In this document: positions 20,241-32,000 of the stretch, piece after piece
Numbering within the stretch: the first letter of the stretch is position 1
How the letters are laid out: every line of letters begins with the position of its first letter
Assembly (NCBI RefSeq): GCF_001457615.1
Contig: NZ_LN831024.1
Span: 3,120,001-3,152,000 of the forward strand
Length of the DNA: 32,000 bases
Direction of reading: 5' to 3'
Origin: Pseudomonas aeruginosa
GTDB taxonomy: Bacteria; Pseudomonadota; Gammaproteobacteria; Pseudomonadales; Pseudomonadaceae
The notes under the pieces: generated by a model
Told to the model about the DNA's origin: nothing
Databases searched by the model: none
Seen by the model: only the letters and a program-made list of their open reading frames with translations
Program-made: the position numbers and the translations under genes

Positions 20241-21232
20241 ACGGCAGCGGTCACGAAGCCACCTCGACGCCGCCGCGCCGCTCTCACTGGCGCTGGCTGC
20301 GCAGGCTGCTGACCCTGGCGTTCTTCGTGCTGGTCCCGGTGCTGCTGTTCCTGCTGGTGAAGAATCTCGACTGGCAGGAAGTCCGCCACGCCCTCGGCGA
20401 GTATCGCCCCGCGACCCTGTTCCTCGGACTGCTGCTGGCGGCCGCCGGCTATACGGTGTTCAGCAGCTTCGACCTGCTCAGCCGCTACTACATCGGCCAC
20501 TCGCTGCCCAAGCGGCGGGTCTTCACCGTGGCGTTCGTGTGCAATGCGTTCAACCTCAACCTGAGTTCCTGGGTCGGCGCCGTGGCGCTGCGCTATCGCC
20601 TGTACAGTCGGCTCGGCCTGGACATCGCCGATATCACCCGGATCCTCACCTTCAGCCTGGTGACCAACTGGTTCGGCTACCTGCTGCTCGCCGGCATCCT
20701 GTTCAGCTGCGGCCTGCCGGCCTTGCCGCCGGGCTGGAAGCTCGGCAGCGACGGCCTGCGCCTGATCGGCGCCCTGCTCCTAGCGCTGGCCGCAGGCTAC
20801 CTGCTGGCCTGCCGTTTCGCCCGACGCCGCGCCTGGGGCTGGCGCGAGCATCGGCTGACCCTGCCGTCCTGGCGGCTGGCGGCCCTGCAAGGCCTGCTCG
20901 GAGCGAGCAACTGGTCGCTGATGGCGCTCCTGCTGTACAGCCTGCTGCCGCACAGCGTGGATTACCCGAGCGTCCTGGCGATCCTCCTGATCAGCAGCAT
21001 CGCCGGGGTCATCACCCATATCCCGGCCGGGCTCGGGGTGCTCGAAGCGGTGTTCATCGCCCTGCTCCAGGGGCGCCTGTCCCAGGGCGTGCTGCTGGCC
21101 GCGTTGATCGGCTACCGGGTGCTGTATTTCCTCCTACCCCTGGCGCTGGCCTGCGTGGTCTACCTGCTGTTGGAGCGCCGGGCGATCCGCCTGCGCCGCA
21201 AACAGCGCCGCCTGCACCAGGGCCAGGCCTGA
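20237..21232 (+). CDS. Lysylphosphatidylglycerol synthase TM-region / YbhN family (UPF0104) membrane protein
   Basis: 331 aa from ATG 20237, multiple hydrophobic helices, conserved-looking FNLNLSSWVGAVALRYRLYSRLG and GVITHIPAGLGVLEAVFIALL. ATGA overlap with clsB. Confidence 0.85.
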   Translation: MNGSGHEATSTPPRRSHWRWLRRLLTLAFFVLVPVLLFLLVKNLDWQEVRHALGEYRPATLFLGLLLAAAGYTVFSSFDLLSRYYIGHSLPKRRVFTVAFVCNAFNLNLSSWVGAVALRYRLYSRLGLDIADITRILTFSLVTNWFGYLLLAGILFSCGLPALPPGWKLGSDGLRLIGALLLALAAGYLLACRFARRRAWGWREHRLTLPSWRLAALQGLLGASNWSLMALLLYSLLPHSVDYPSVLAILLISSIAGVITHIPAGLGVLEAVFIALLQGRLSQGVLLAALIGYRVLYFLLPLALACVVYLLLERRAIRLRRKQRRLHQGQA

Positions 21233-21233
21233 A

Positions 21234-23428
21234 TCAGCCGGCCGGACGCAGCAGCAGCGTGCCCAGCGGCGGCAGGTCGAGCACCAGCGACTGCGCCTGG
21301 CCATGGGCGCCGCACGACTCGCTGGAGACGCGGCCCTGGCTGCCTGCGCCGGAACCGGCGAACGCCTGGGCGTCGCTATTGAGCAGCACGTCCCAGTCGC
21401 CGCCTTGCGGTACGCCGATCCGATAGCCCTGGCGCGGCACCGGGGTAAAATTGTGTACCGCCAGCAGCGATGGCTCGCCGGCCGCGTGGCGCAGCCAGGC
21501 GTAGACACTGTTCGCCTGGTCGTCGCCGATCAGCCATTCGAAGCCGAGCGCCTCGCCGTCGCGCGCATGCAGTGCGGGGAGTTCGCGGTACAGCCGGTTG
21601 AGGGCCGCCACCAGGTCCTGTACGCCCTGATGCTCCGGATAGCGCAGCAGGTACCAGTCCAGTTCGCCGTCGTGGTTCCACTCGCGCCACTGGCCGAACT
21701 CGCATCCCATGAACAGCAGCTTCTTGCCCGGGTGCGACCACATGAAGCTCAGGTACAGGCGCAGGTTGGCGAACTTCTGCCAGCGGTCGCCGGGCATCTT
21801 GTCCAGTAGCGAGTGCTTGCCATGTACCACCTCGTCGTGGGAGATCGGCAGGATGAAATGCTCGGAGAAGGCGTAGAGCAGGCCGAAGGTCAACTGGTGG
21901 TGGTGATAGCGCCGGTGCAGCGGGTCTTCGCCGATGTACGCCAGGCTGTCGTGCATCCAGCCCATGTTCCACTTATGGCTGAAGCCCAGGCCGCCCTCCG
22001 CCACCGGACGGCTGACGCCGGGCCAGGCGGTGGATTCCTCGGCGATCACCAGCGCGCCGGGGGTTTCGCTGGCGACCACCTGGTTGAGGTGATGGAGGAA
22101 GTCGATGGCCTCCAGGTTCTCCCGGCCGCCATGGCGGTTCGGCAGCCATTCGCCTTCCTTGCGCGAATAGTCGCGATAGAGCATCGAGGCCACCGCATCC
22201 ACCCGCAGGCCGTCGACGTGGTAGGTGCGCAGCCAGTGCAGCGCCGAGGCCAGCATGAAGCCGTGCACCTCGCTGCGGCCAAGGTTGTAGATGTAGGTAT
22301 CCCAGTCCTGGTGGAAGCCTTCGAAGGGATGTTCGTACTCGTACAGCGCCGTGCCGTCGAAACGGCCCAGGCCGTGGGCGTCGGTGGGAAAATGCGCCGG
22401 CACCCAGTCGAGGATCACGCCGATGCCGGCCTGGTGGCAGGCGTCGACGAACGCGGCGAAGTCCTCCGGCGTGCCGTAGCGCGCGGTAGGGGCGAACAAC
22501 CCGAGTGGCTGGTAGCCCCAGGAGCCGCCGAAGGGATGTTCCATCACCGGCATCAGCTCGATATGGGTGAAGCCGAGCTGGCGCACGTAGGGAATCAGCT
22601 CCTCCGCCAGTTCCGACCAGTGCGGCGGCCGGCCGTCGCGGTGGCGCCAGGAGCCGGCGTGGACTTCGTAGATCGACAGCGGTGCCGCATAGCCCTGGCG
22701 CTCCGCGCGCCGAGCCAGCCAGTCCTGGTCGCGCCACTCGTGGCGCAACGCCGCGCAGGTCTTCGAAGCGGTTCCGGGCGGCGTCTCGCAGGCCAGCGCC
22801 AGGGGGTCGGCCTTCAGCGGCAGGAGGCCGTCGTGGCCCTGCAACTCGTACTTGTACAGTTCGCCCTCGCCGAGGCGCGGGACGAACAGTTCCCAGACGC
22901 CGGATGGATAGCGTCGTCGCATCGGGTGACGACGCCCGTCCCAGCCGTTGAAATCGCCGACCACCGAGACGCGCACGGCGTTCGGCGCCCAGACCGCGAA
23001 GCGCACGCCCTCCACGCCTTCGTGACGGGTCAGTTGCGCGCCCAGGCAGGAGGCCAGTTGGCGGTGGTTGCCTTCGGCGAACAGGTAGAGGTCGAGTTCG
23101 CCGAGCAACGGCCCGAAGGCATAGGGGTCTTCGCTTTCCTGCACGCCGTCCGGCCAGTGCACGCGCAGGCGGTAGCGCGGTGGCAGGCGCTCCAGGTGGC
23201 GCTGGAACAAGCCGCTGCCGGGGTCGCTCTGCTCCAGTTCGGCGAGCGTCGCGCCGTCTTCGTCGAGCAGCTCGACGCGCTGCGCGCCGGGCAGGTAGGC
23301 GCGCAGCACGCCGCCTTCGCCGCCGGGGTCGCGCTGCGGGCCGAGGAAGGCGAATGGATCGCCCTGCAGGCCGCGCTGCAGCTTGTCCAGCTCCAGTTGC
23401 CAGCGTTCGCGTTCGGACATCGGTTCGC

Positions 23429-23432
<4 letters not shown>
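21234..23432 (-). CDS. glgB: 1,4-alpha-glucan branching enzyme
   Basis: 732 aa with [117 protein letters not shown]. Confidence 0.96.
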
Positions 23433-26731
<3,299 letters not shown>

Positions 26732-26741
26732 GGGTTTCTCC

Positions 26742-28736
26742 TTATGCGTCGACGCGCCGCACGCGCCAGATGCCGAACGGCAGGTGCCAGGGTTCGATGC
26801 GCATCCACTGGACCTTGCCGTGCCAGACCCAGCGATGCCCGTTCATCAGGTCCTCGCCCTGGAGGCTGGCGTCGTCGGGCAGGCCGAACTCCCACAGCGG
26901 CAGTTCGAAATGCGCCTCCTGGGCTTCGTGCGGGTCCAGGCAGACCGCCACCAGGACGAAGTTGGCGAGGTCCGCGGTGCGCTTGCCGAAATACAGGATG
27001 CGGTCGTTCCAGGCGTTGTAGGCCTGGAACCCGAGGTGCGTCTGCAATGCCGGGTTTTCCCGGCGGATGCGGTTGAGCCGGGCGATCTCGGCGACGATGT
27101 TGCCCGGCGCCTGGTAGTCGCGCGGACGCAACTGGTATTTCTCCGAGTCGAGGTACTCCTCCTTGCCCGGCAAGGCCGCCGCCTCGCACAGCTCGAAGCC
27201 GGAGTACATGCCCCACAGCCCCGACCCCATGGTCGCCAGGGCGGCACGGATGAGGAAGCCGGGGCGGCCGGAGCGTTGCAGGAACCAGGGATTGATGTCC
27301 GGGGTGTTGACGAAGAAGTTCGGCCGGTAGCAGTCGCGCCAGGGTGGCTGGTTGAGTTCGGCGAAGTACTCCGCCAGTTCCTGCTTGTCGTTGCGCCAGG
27401 TGAAATAGGTGTAGCTCTGGCTGAAGCCGACCTTGCCCAGGCGCGCCATCATCGCCGGGCGGGTGAACGCCTCGGAAAGGAAGATCACCTGCGGATGGCG
27501 GCCGCGCACTTCGGCGATCAGCCACTCCCAGAACGGCAGTGGCTTGGTGTGCGGGTTGTCGACGCGAAACAGCGTCACGCCCTGCTCGACCCAGCCCAGC
27601 ACCACGTCGCGCAAGGCTTCCCACAGGCTCGGCAGGGCCTGTTCGGCGTAGAAGTCGACGTTGACGATGTCCTCGTACTTCTTCGGCGGGTTCTCCGCGT
27701 AGCGCAAGCTACCGTCCGGACGCCAGGCGAACCAGCCGGGATGCTCGCGCAGCCAGGGGTGGTCGGGGGAGCACTGGATGGCGAAGTCCAGCGCCAGTTC
27801 CATGCCGTGCTCGCGCACCGCAACGAGCAGCCGGCGGAAATCCTCGCGGTCGCCCAGTTCGGGATGGATCGCCTCGTGGCCGCCCTCCTCGCTGCCGATC
27901 GCATACGGGCTGCCGGGGTCGCCGGCCTCGGCACGCAAGGAATTGTTGCGGCCCTTGCGATGGGTGCGGCCGATGGGGTGGATCGGCGGGAAATAGAGAA
28001 CGTCGAAGCCCATCGCGGCGATCTGCGGCAGGCGCCGGATCACGTCGTCGAAGGTACCGTGGCGTGTCGGGTCGCCGCTTTCCGAGCGAGGAAACAGCTC
28101 GTACCAACTGGCGAAGCGCGCCAGCGGTCGCTCCACCTCCACCGGGTATTCGCGGCTGCGCACCAGGTGCTCGCGCGGGCCGACCAGACGCAACAGTTCG
28201 CCGGTCTGCGCCGCCAGCCACAGCGCCACCCGCTCCTCGACGCTCTGGCAGGCCTGCAGGCGTTCGGCCAGCGGCGCACAGGCGGCGGCGATCTCCGGAC
28301 CGCCGCGCTCGGCGCAGCGCTGCAGCAGTTCGTCGCCCTCGCGCAGCTCCAGGTCCAGCGGCAGGCGTGCGCCATGCTTGGCACGCAATTCGCGGCGGTA
28401 GCCGGCAAAACGGTCGATCCAGGCCTCGATACGGAAGTACAGGCGGCCGCAGGGCGGCGTGCGCAACTGCGCGCTCCAGAAATCGTTGCCTTCGGGCAGC
28501 AGCGGCAGGCGCCGCTCCGCGGTTTCCCCGACACGCCGCCAGACCACCTCGGCACCGAGTACCTCATGGCCATCGGCGAAGATTCGCGCGGCCAGGCGCA
28601 GGTCGCGGTCGCTCTCGGTCTTCGCGGGATAGGCGCCCTCTTCCACCACAGGGCTGACCGACTCGATGGCGATACGGGGCTGCTGGATGGCGATGACCAG
28701 CGGATCATCGTCGCTGTTGCGGACAATCGAACTCAT
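26742..28736 (-). CDS. glgE: Alpha-1,4-glucan:maltose-1-phosphate maltosyltransferase
   Basis: 664 aa with FDVLYFPPIHPIGRTHRKGRNNSL, ALDFAIQCSPDHPWLREHPGWF, GVTLFRVDNPHTKPLPFWEWLI, VIFLSEAFTRPAMMARLGKVGFSQSYTYFTWRN. Confidence 0.95.
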   Translation of the reverse strand: MSSIVRNSDDDPLVIAIQQPRIAIESVSPVVEEGAYPAKTESDRDLRLAARIFADGHEVLGAEVVWRRVGETAERRLPLLPEGNDFWSAQLRTPPCGRLYFRIEAWIDRFAGYRRELRAKHGARLPLDLELREGDELLQRCAERGGPEIAAACAPLAERLQACQSVEERVALWLAAQTGELLRLVGPREHLVRSREYPVEVERPLARFASWYELFPRSESGDPTRHGTFDDVIRRLPQIAAMGFDVLYFPPIHPIGRTHRKGRNNSLRAEAGDPGSPYAIGSEEGGHEAIHPELGDREDFRRLLVAVREHGMELALDFAIQCSPDHPWLREHPGWFAWRPDGSLRYAENPPKKYEDIVNVDFYAEQALPSLWEALRDVVLGWVEQGVTLFRVDNPHTKPLPFWEWLIAEVRGRHPQVIFLSEAFTRPAMMARLGKVGFSQSYTYFTWRNDKQELAEYFAELNQPPWRDCYRPNFFVNTPDINPWFLQRSGRPGFLIRAALATMGSGLWGMYSGFELCEAAALPGKEEYLDSEKYQLRPRDYQAPGNIVAEIARLNRIRRENPALQTHLGFQAYNAWNDRILYFGKRTADLANFVLVAVCLDPHEAQEAHFELPLWEFGLPDDASLQGEDLMNGHRWVWHGKVQWMRIEPWHLPFGIWRVRRVDA

Positions 28737-28785
28737 CGAGGCGCGCTCCTCCGGGACGTGGGTTCGGCGATGGGTCGCGAGGCTT

Positions 28786-28809
28786 CCGCCGGCCTCGAAT
28801 GGCCGGCGG
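28786..28809. repeat. Perfect 9-bp inverted repeat (hairpin) between ku and glgE
   Basis: CCGCCGGCC-TCGAAT-GGCCGGCGG in the 143-nt gap between ku stop (28880) and glgE start (28736). No T-tract on either side. Confidence 0.85.
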
Positions 28810-28879
28810 CGCGGACGGTCATTGATTCCGAGCCCGCCGGCGACCGATTGGTTCAGGTTGATTTACCCAGCGGCTCGCC

Positions 28880-29761
28880 TCAGGCCTTGCGCCGCGAACG
28901 CGAGGCACCGGACTTGGCGCGACCCTTCGGGTCGGCCCCGGCCTTTTCGCTGCCCTTGTCCTTGCCGCCGCCGGCGCGGGAACGCAGGCTGCGCTTGAGC
29001 AGGTCGGTGAGATCGATGATGTCGGCGCCCTTGCCAGCCACCTCCTCCTCTTCCTCCACCGCGTGCAGCTGGCCCTTGGCGGCCTTTTCCTCGACCAGCT
29101 TCATGATCTTGTCGCTGAAGCTGTCCTTGTATTCGTCCGGCTCCCAGTGGGAGGCCATGTCCTCCACCAGGCGCTTGGCCATCTCCAGCTCGCGCTTGTC
29201 GAGTTTCGCCTCGGTGACGCTTTCGTCCAGCTCCAGGCCATCCAGGCTGCGCACCTGCGACGGCCAGCGCAGGGTGATCAGCACCAGGGCGTCCTGCAGA
29301 GGCCGCAGGAGCGCCAGGTGCTGGCGGGTGTGCAGGACGACGTTGGCCAGGGCGACCTTGCCGGTACGCTCCAGGGTCTCCCGGAGCAGCGCGTAGACCT
29401 TGCCTCCGCGCCGGTCGGGGGCCAGGTAGTACGGGGTATCGAAGTGCTGCAGGGGAATTTCCTGGCTATCGACGAAAGCGAAGATCTCGATGGTCTGGGT
29501 CGACTTGGGATGCGCCGCGCGGATTTCTTCCTCGCTCAGCACCACGTAGCGACCCTTTTCGTACTCCACGCCCTTGACGATGTTCTCGCGCTCGATCTCC
29601 TTGCCGGTGACCTTGTTCACCCGTTTGTAGCCGACCGGCTCCATGCTGCGCTGGTCGAGCCAGTCGAAATCGATGCCCTGCGACGAGGTCGCCGCCGACA
29701 GGCTCACCGGTATATGCACCAGGCCGAAGCTGATCGCGCCTTTCCAGATCGCACGCGCCAT
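28880..29761 (-). CDS. ku: Bacterial Ku protein (non-homologous end joining)
   Basis: 293 aa MARAIWKGAISFGLVHIPVSLSAATSSQGIDFDWLDQRSMEPVGYKRVNKVTGKEIERENIVKGVEYEKGRYVVLSEEEI..., with a Lys/Arg-rich C-terminal tail. Confidence 0.95.
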   Translation of the reverse strand: MARAIWKGAISFGLVHIPVSLSAATSSQGIDFDWLDQRSMEPVGYKRVNKVTGKEIERENIVKGVEYEKGRYVVLSEEEIRAAHPKSTQTIEIFAFVDSQEIPLQHFDTPYYLAPDRRGGKVYALLRETLERTGKVALANVVLHTRQHLALLRPLQDALVLITLRWPSQVRSLDGLELDESVTEAKLDKRELEMAKRLVEDMASHWEPDEYKDSFSDKIMKLVEEKAAKGQLHAVEEEEEVAGKGADIIDLTDLLKRSLRSRAGGGKDKGSEKAGADPKGRAKSGASRSRRKA

Positions 29762-29783
29762 GCCGGTTTCCTCCTCTTGATGG

Positions 29784-30026
29784 TTACAGCGTGCCGCCGT
29801 CCGCGTAACGCACGCGGCCGTCGGCGGCGATGTCGGTGATACGCTGGAGCAGGTTGTCGGCGGCGGTCTCGGCGTCGCTCAGGCAGCTGCAACCCGGGGT
29901 CACTACCCACAGCATGCGTACCGCCGCGCCACGCCGCTTGGGCTGATAGAGGATCAGACCGACCGGCTGGCAGCGCTCCTGCATCGCGTCGGTCCAGGCG
30001 GTACAGGCGTCGAAGTCCTTGAACAT
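29784..30026 (-). CDS. Small hypothetical protein (80 aa)
   Basis: MFKDFDACTAWTDAMQERCQPVGLILYQPKRRGAAVRMLWVVTPGCSCLSDAETAADNLLQRITDIAADGRVRYADGGTL. Well-spaced between flanking same-strand genes. Confidence 0.65.
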   Translation of the reverse strand: MFKDFDACTAWTDAMQERCQPVGLILYQPKRRGAAVRMLWVVTPGCSCLSDAETAADNLLQRITDIAADGRVRYADGGTL

Positions 30027-30039
30027 GACGGAACTCTCC

Positions 30040-30531
30040 TCAATGGCTATCGGAAGATGGCGGCGAACGGTTCAGGCAGGCCAGGACATGCAGCACCAGT
30101 AGCGCCAGGACCGTCCCGAGCACCGCGGTACCCTGGTGACCGAGTCCGACCGCGACGCCTATGGCGGTGCTGGCCCAGAGACCCGCCGCGGTGGTCAGGC
30201 CCCTGACCCGGCTTTCCCGACCTGCCTTGAGGATGGTGCCGGCGCAGAGGAAGCCGATGCCGGCGACGGTGCCCTGGATCACCCGGCTCAGCGCGTCCGC
30301 CCCGCCACCCTGCAATTGCAGCGGCATGACGAACAGCGCCGCGCCGAGGGTTACCAGCATGTGCGTGCGCAGGCCGGCGGCCTTGCCGCTCTGCTCGCGC
30401 TCGTAGCCGAGTACCGCGCCGAGCGCCGCCGCCAGCAGCAGGCGCAACGCGGCGCGGGCGGTCTGCTCGAAGTCGGCGAGATCGGCGAACTCCTCGCCGA
30501 GGATCTTCCACAACGTCTCCCAGGCGCTCAT
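30040..30531 (-). CDS. MgtC/SapB family inner-membrane protein
   Basis: From ATG 30531: MSAWETLWKILGEEFADLADFEQTARAALRLLLAAALGAVLGYEREQSGKAAGLRTHMLVTLGAALFVM...GTVAGIGFLCAGTILK...VRGLTTAAGLWASTAIGVAVGLG. Track start (30567) is 12 codons too early. Confidence 0.88.
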   Translation of the reverse strand: MSAWETLWKILGEEFADLADFEQTARAALRLLLAAALGAVLGYEREQSGKAAGLRTHMLVTLGAALFVMPLQLQGGGADALSRVIQGTVAGIGFLCAGTILKAGRESRVRGLTTAAGLWASTAIGVAVGLGHQGTAVLGTVLALLVLHVLACLNRSPPSSDSH

Positions 30532-30662
30532 CGGCGTTGTATCTCGCTGTAGCGCAGGGCACCGCAACGCAGGCAGCGCTCGCAGTCGAAGGTTTCCTCA
30601 CCCAGTCGCAACGCCGGTTGCCGGCACCAGTCGCAACCGCCTATCAGGCAACGCAAGGTCAT
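30528..30662 (-). CDS. 44-aa Cys-rich small protein (possible zinc-ribbon-like)
   Basis: Manual translation, not in the ORF track: ATG at 30662, TGA ending at 30528, MTLRCLIGGCDWCRQPALRLGEETFDCERCLRCGALRYSEIQRR. Six cysteines; GGAGG upstream; ATGA overlap with the MgtC-like gene. Confidence 0.75.
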   Translation of the reverse strand: MTLRCLIGGCDWCRQPALRLGEETFDCERCLRCGALRYSEIQRR

Positions 30663-30758
30663 CCGGGTCCTCCCGCCGAATCGCTCGGCCAGCCGCCCTT
30701 TCCAGCTGTGACCGACGAGACGACGGGAAGGTGCGATCGGATTCGCCAGCGGCGCTCC

Positions 30759-32000
30759 TCAGGCGGGGATCGCCTTGGTCGCCGCCTCGCGCTGCCAGAT
30801 CCGGTGCTGCATCAATGCCTGGCGCAGGCCGGGGAAGACATCGGTGGCCGTGGCGCCGAGCACCACGCCGGGGTCGCCAGGCAACGAAAGCTGGCTGGCC
30901 AGCGCCTGGGCATCGCCGGCGAAGGCCACTGGCTTCAGGTGCTTGTAGGCTTCCAGCAGGTAGTGCAGGCCGCGTCCGTCAGCGCCGATGGCCTGGCTGC
31001 TGGCCGCGCCGCCAGGCACGAAGACCGCGTCGAAGGCTACCGACGGCAGGCCGTCCCAGGTTCCCTCAGGGCTCAGTTCGGCGCCGTTTTCAGCCTGCAC
31101 CGGCGAAGCGCTGGGCGCGATCAGCTTGGCGTCCGCGCCCTCCTGGCGGAGCGCGTCGCGCAGGTCGCTGACGTCGCTCTCGGCGACGCCGTCGGCGATC
31201 AGGATCGCCACCTTGCGCGAACGGATGTCGCCGGACAGCAGGTTCATCTGGCTCAGCGCCGGCGACGGCTTCGGCTGCGGTGCCGGGTTGGCCGGCGCGG
31301 CGAGCTGCACACCGACGTTCGCCGCGACCCTGGCGGCCAGTTGCGGATCGATGTTGAGGAGTATCTGGTTGACTTCGCGCTCACGGATCGATTGCCGCTC
31401 GACCTTGGACAGTTCGAAGCTGTAGGCGGCGACGATATGCGCCTGCTCGGCCTCGCTCATGCTGTGCCAGAACAATGCGGCCTGGCTGAAATGATCGGCG
31501 AAGGAGTCGGCGCGCTTGCGCAGCTTGCTGCCGCTGACCGGCTCGTGGTAGGTGGAGAAGCCGCCGTTGCGCGCCGCCGGCGGGGTTTCCTTCGGCCAGC
31601 CGCCGTCGATCGAGTTCGGTTCATAGGAAGCCCGGCCGCGGTTGATGGTCTGCCGGTGCGGCGCGTCGCGCTGGTTGTTGTGGAACGGACACAGCGGGCG
31701 GTTGATCGGGATTTCGTTGAAGTTCGGCCCGCTCAGGCGCAGCAGTTGGGTGTCGGTATAGGAGAACAGCCGACCCTGCAACAGCGGGTCGTTGGTGAAG
31801 TCGATTCCGGGGACCACGTGGCCGACGTGGAACGCCACCTGTTCGGTCTCGGCGAAGAAATTGTCGGGGTTGCGGTTGAGTACCATCCGCCCCACCACCC
31901 TTACCGGCACCAACTCCTCGGGCACCAGCTTGGTGGGGTCGAGCAGGTCGAAGTCGAAGCTGTCCTGCTGGTTCTCCGGGATCACCTGCAGGCCCAGCTC
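30759..32000 (-). CDS. katE: Large-subunit monofunctional catalase HPII, C-terminal part (N-terminus beyond window)
   Basis: ...[89 protein letters not shown]..., plus C-terminal DJ-1/PfpI-like domain [27 protein letters not shown]...FVPGGAASS. Reading frame open to the window edge. Confidence 0.95.
   Translation of the reverse strand, partial: ELGLQVIPENQQDSFDFDLLDPTKLVPEELVPVRVVGRMVLNRNPDNFFAETEQVAFHVGHVVPGIDFTNDPLLQGRLFSYTDTQLLRLSGPNFNEIPINRPLCPFHNNQRDAPHRQTINRGRASYEPNSIDGGWPKETPPAARNGGFSTYHEPVSGSKLRKRADSFADHFSQAALFWHSMSEAEQAHIVAAYSFELSKVERQSIREREVNQILLNIDPQLAARVAANVGVQLAAPANPAPQPKPSPALSQMNLLSGDIRSRKVAILIADGVAESDVSDLRDALRQEGADAKLIAPSASPVQAENGAELSPEGTWDGLPSVAFDAVFVPGGAASSQAIGADGRGLHYLLEAYKHLKPVAFAGDAQALASQLSLPGDPGVVLGATATDVFPGLRQALMQHRIWQREAATKAIPA

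Overview
The window is a dense, high-GC chromosomal block with the gene content and order I associate with the Pseudomonas aeruginosa PA2147-PA2172 region. This is recognition from memory, not a database search. From left to right it contains: (i) a minus-strand run of small or poorly characterised stress-type genes: an M42-like peptidase (truncated by the edge), a hemerythrin/HHE protein, a PLDc_N-like mini membrane protein, a PA2169/DUF2383 four-helix protein, an alpha/beta hydrolase, a DUF3182 protein, a 63-aa P/E-rich ORF and a DUF3509 protein; (ii) a plus-strand, tightly coupled run: glgA-treZ-malQ-treY-DUF2934/H1-like-glgX-CBS-Zn ADH-DUF72-endo/exonuclease-clsB-ybhN-like; (iii) a convergent minus-strand operon, glgE > treS-maltokinase fusion > glgB; (iv) minus-strand ku, a small ORF, MgtC/SapB, an unlisted 44-aa Cys-rich ORF and katE (truncated by the edge). 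The alpha-glucan/trehalose pathway here is already known, so I do not claim a new system. The most useful observations are a 1-nt frameshift in the DUF72 gene near 17592, an unlisted six-cysteine 44-aa ORF at 30528-30662 coupled to the MgtC-like gene, an H1-like-tailed small protein between treY and glgX, two perfect 9-bp-stem intergenic hairpins, and an AT-rich divergent regulatory region upstream of glgA. I saw no mobile element, CRISPR array, tRNA or rRNA.
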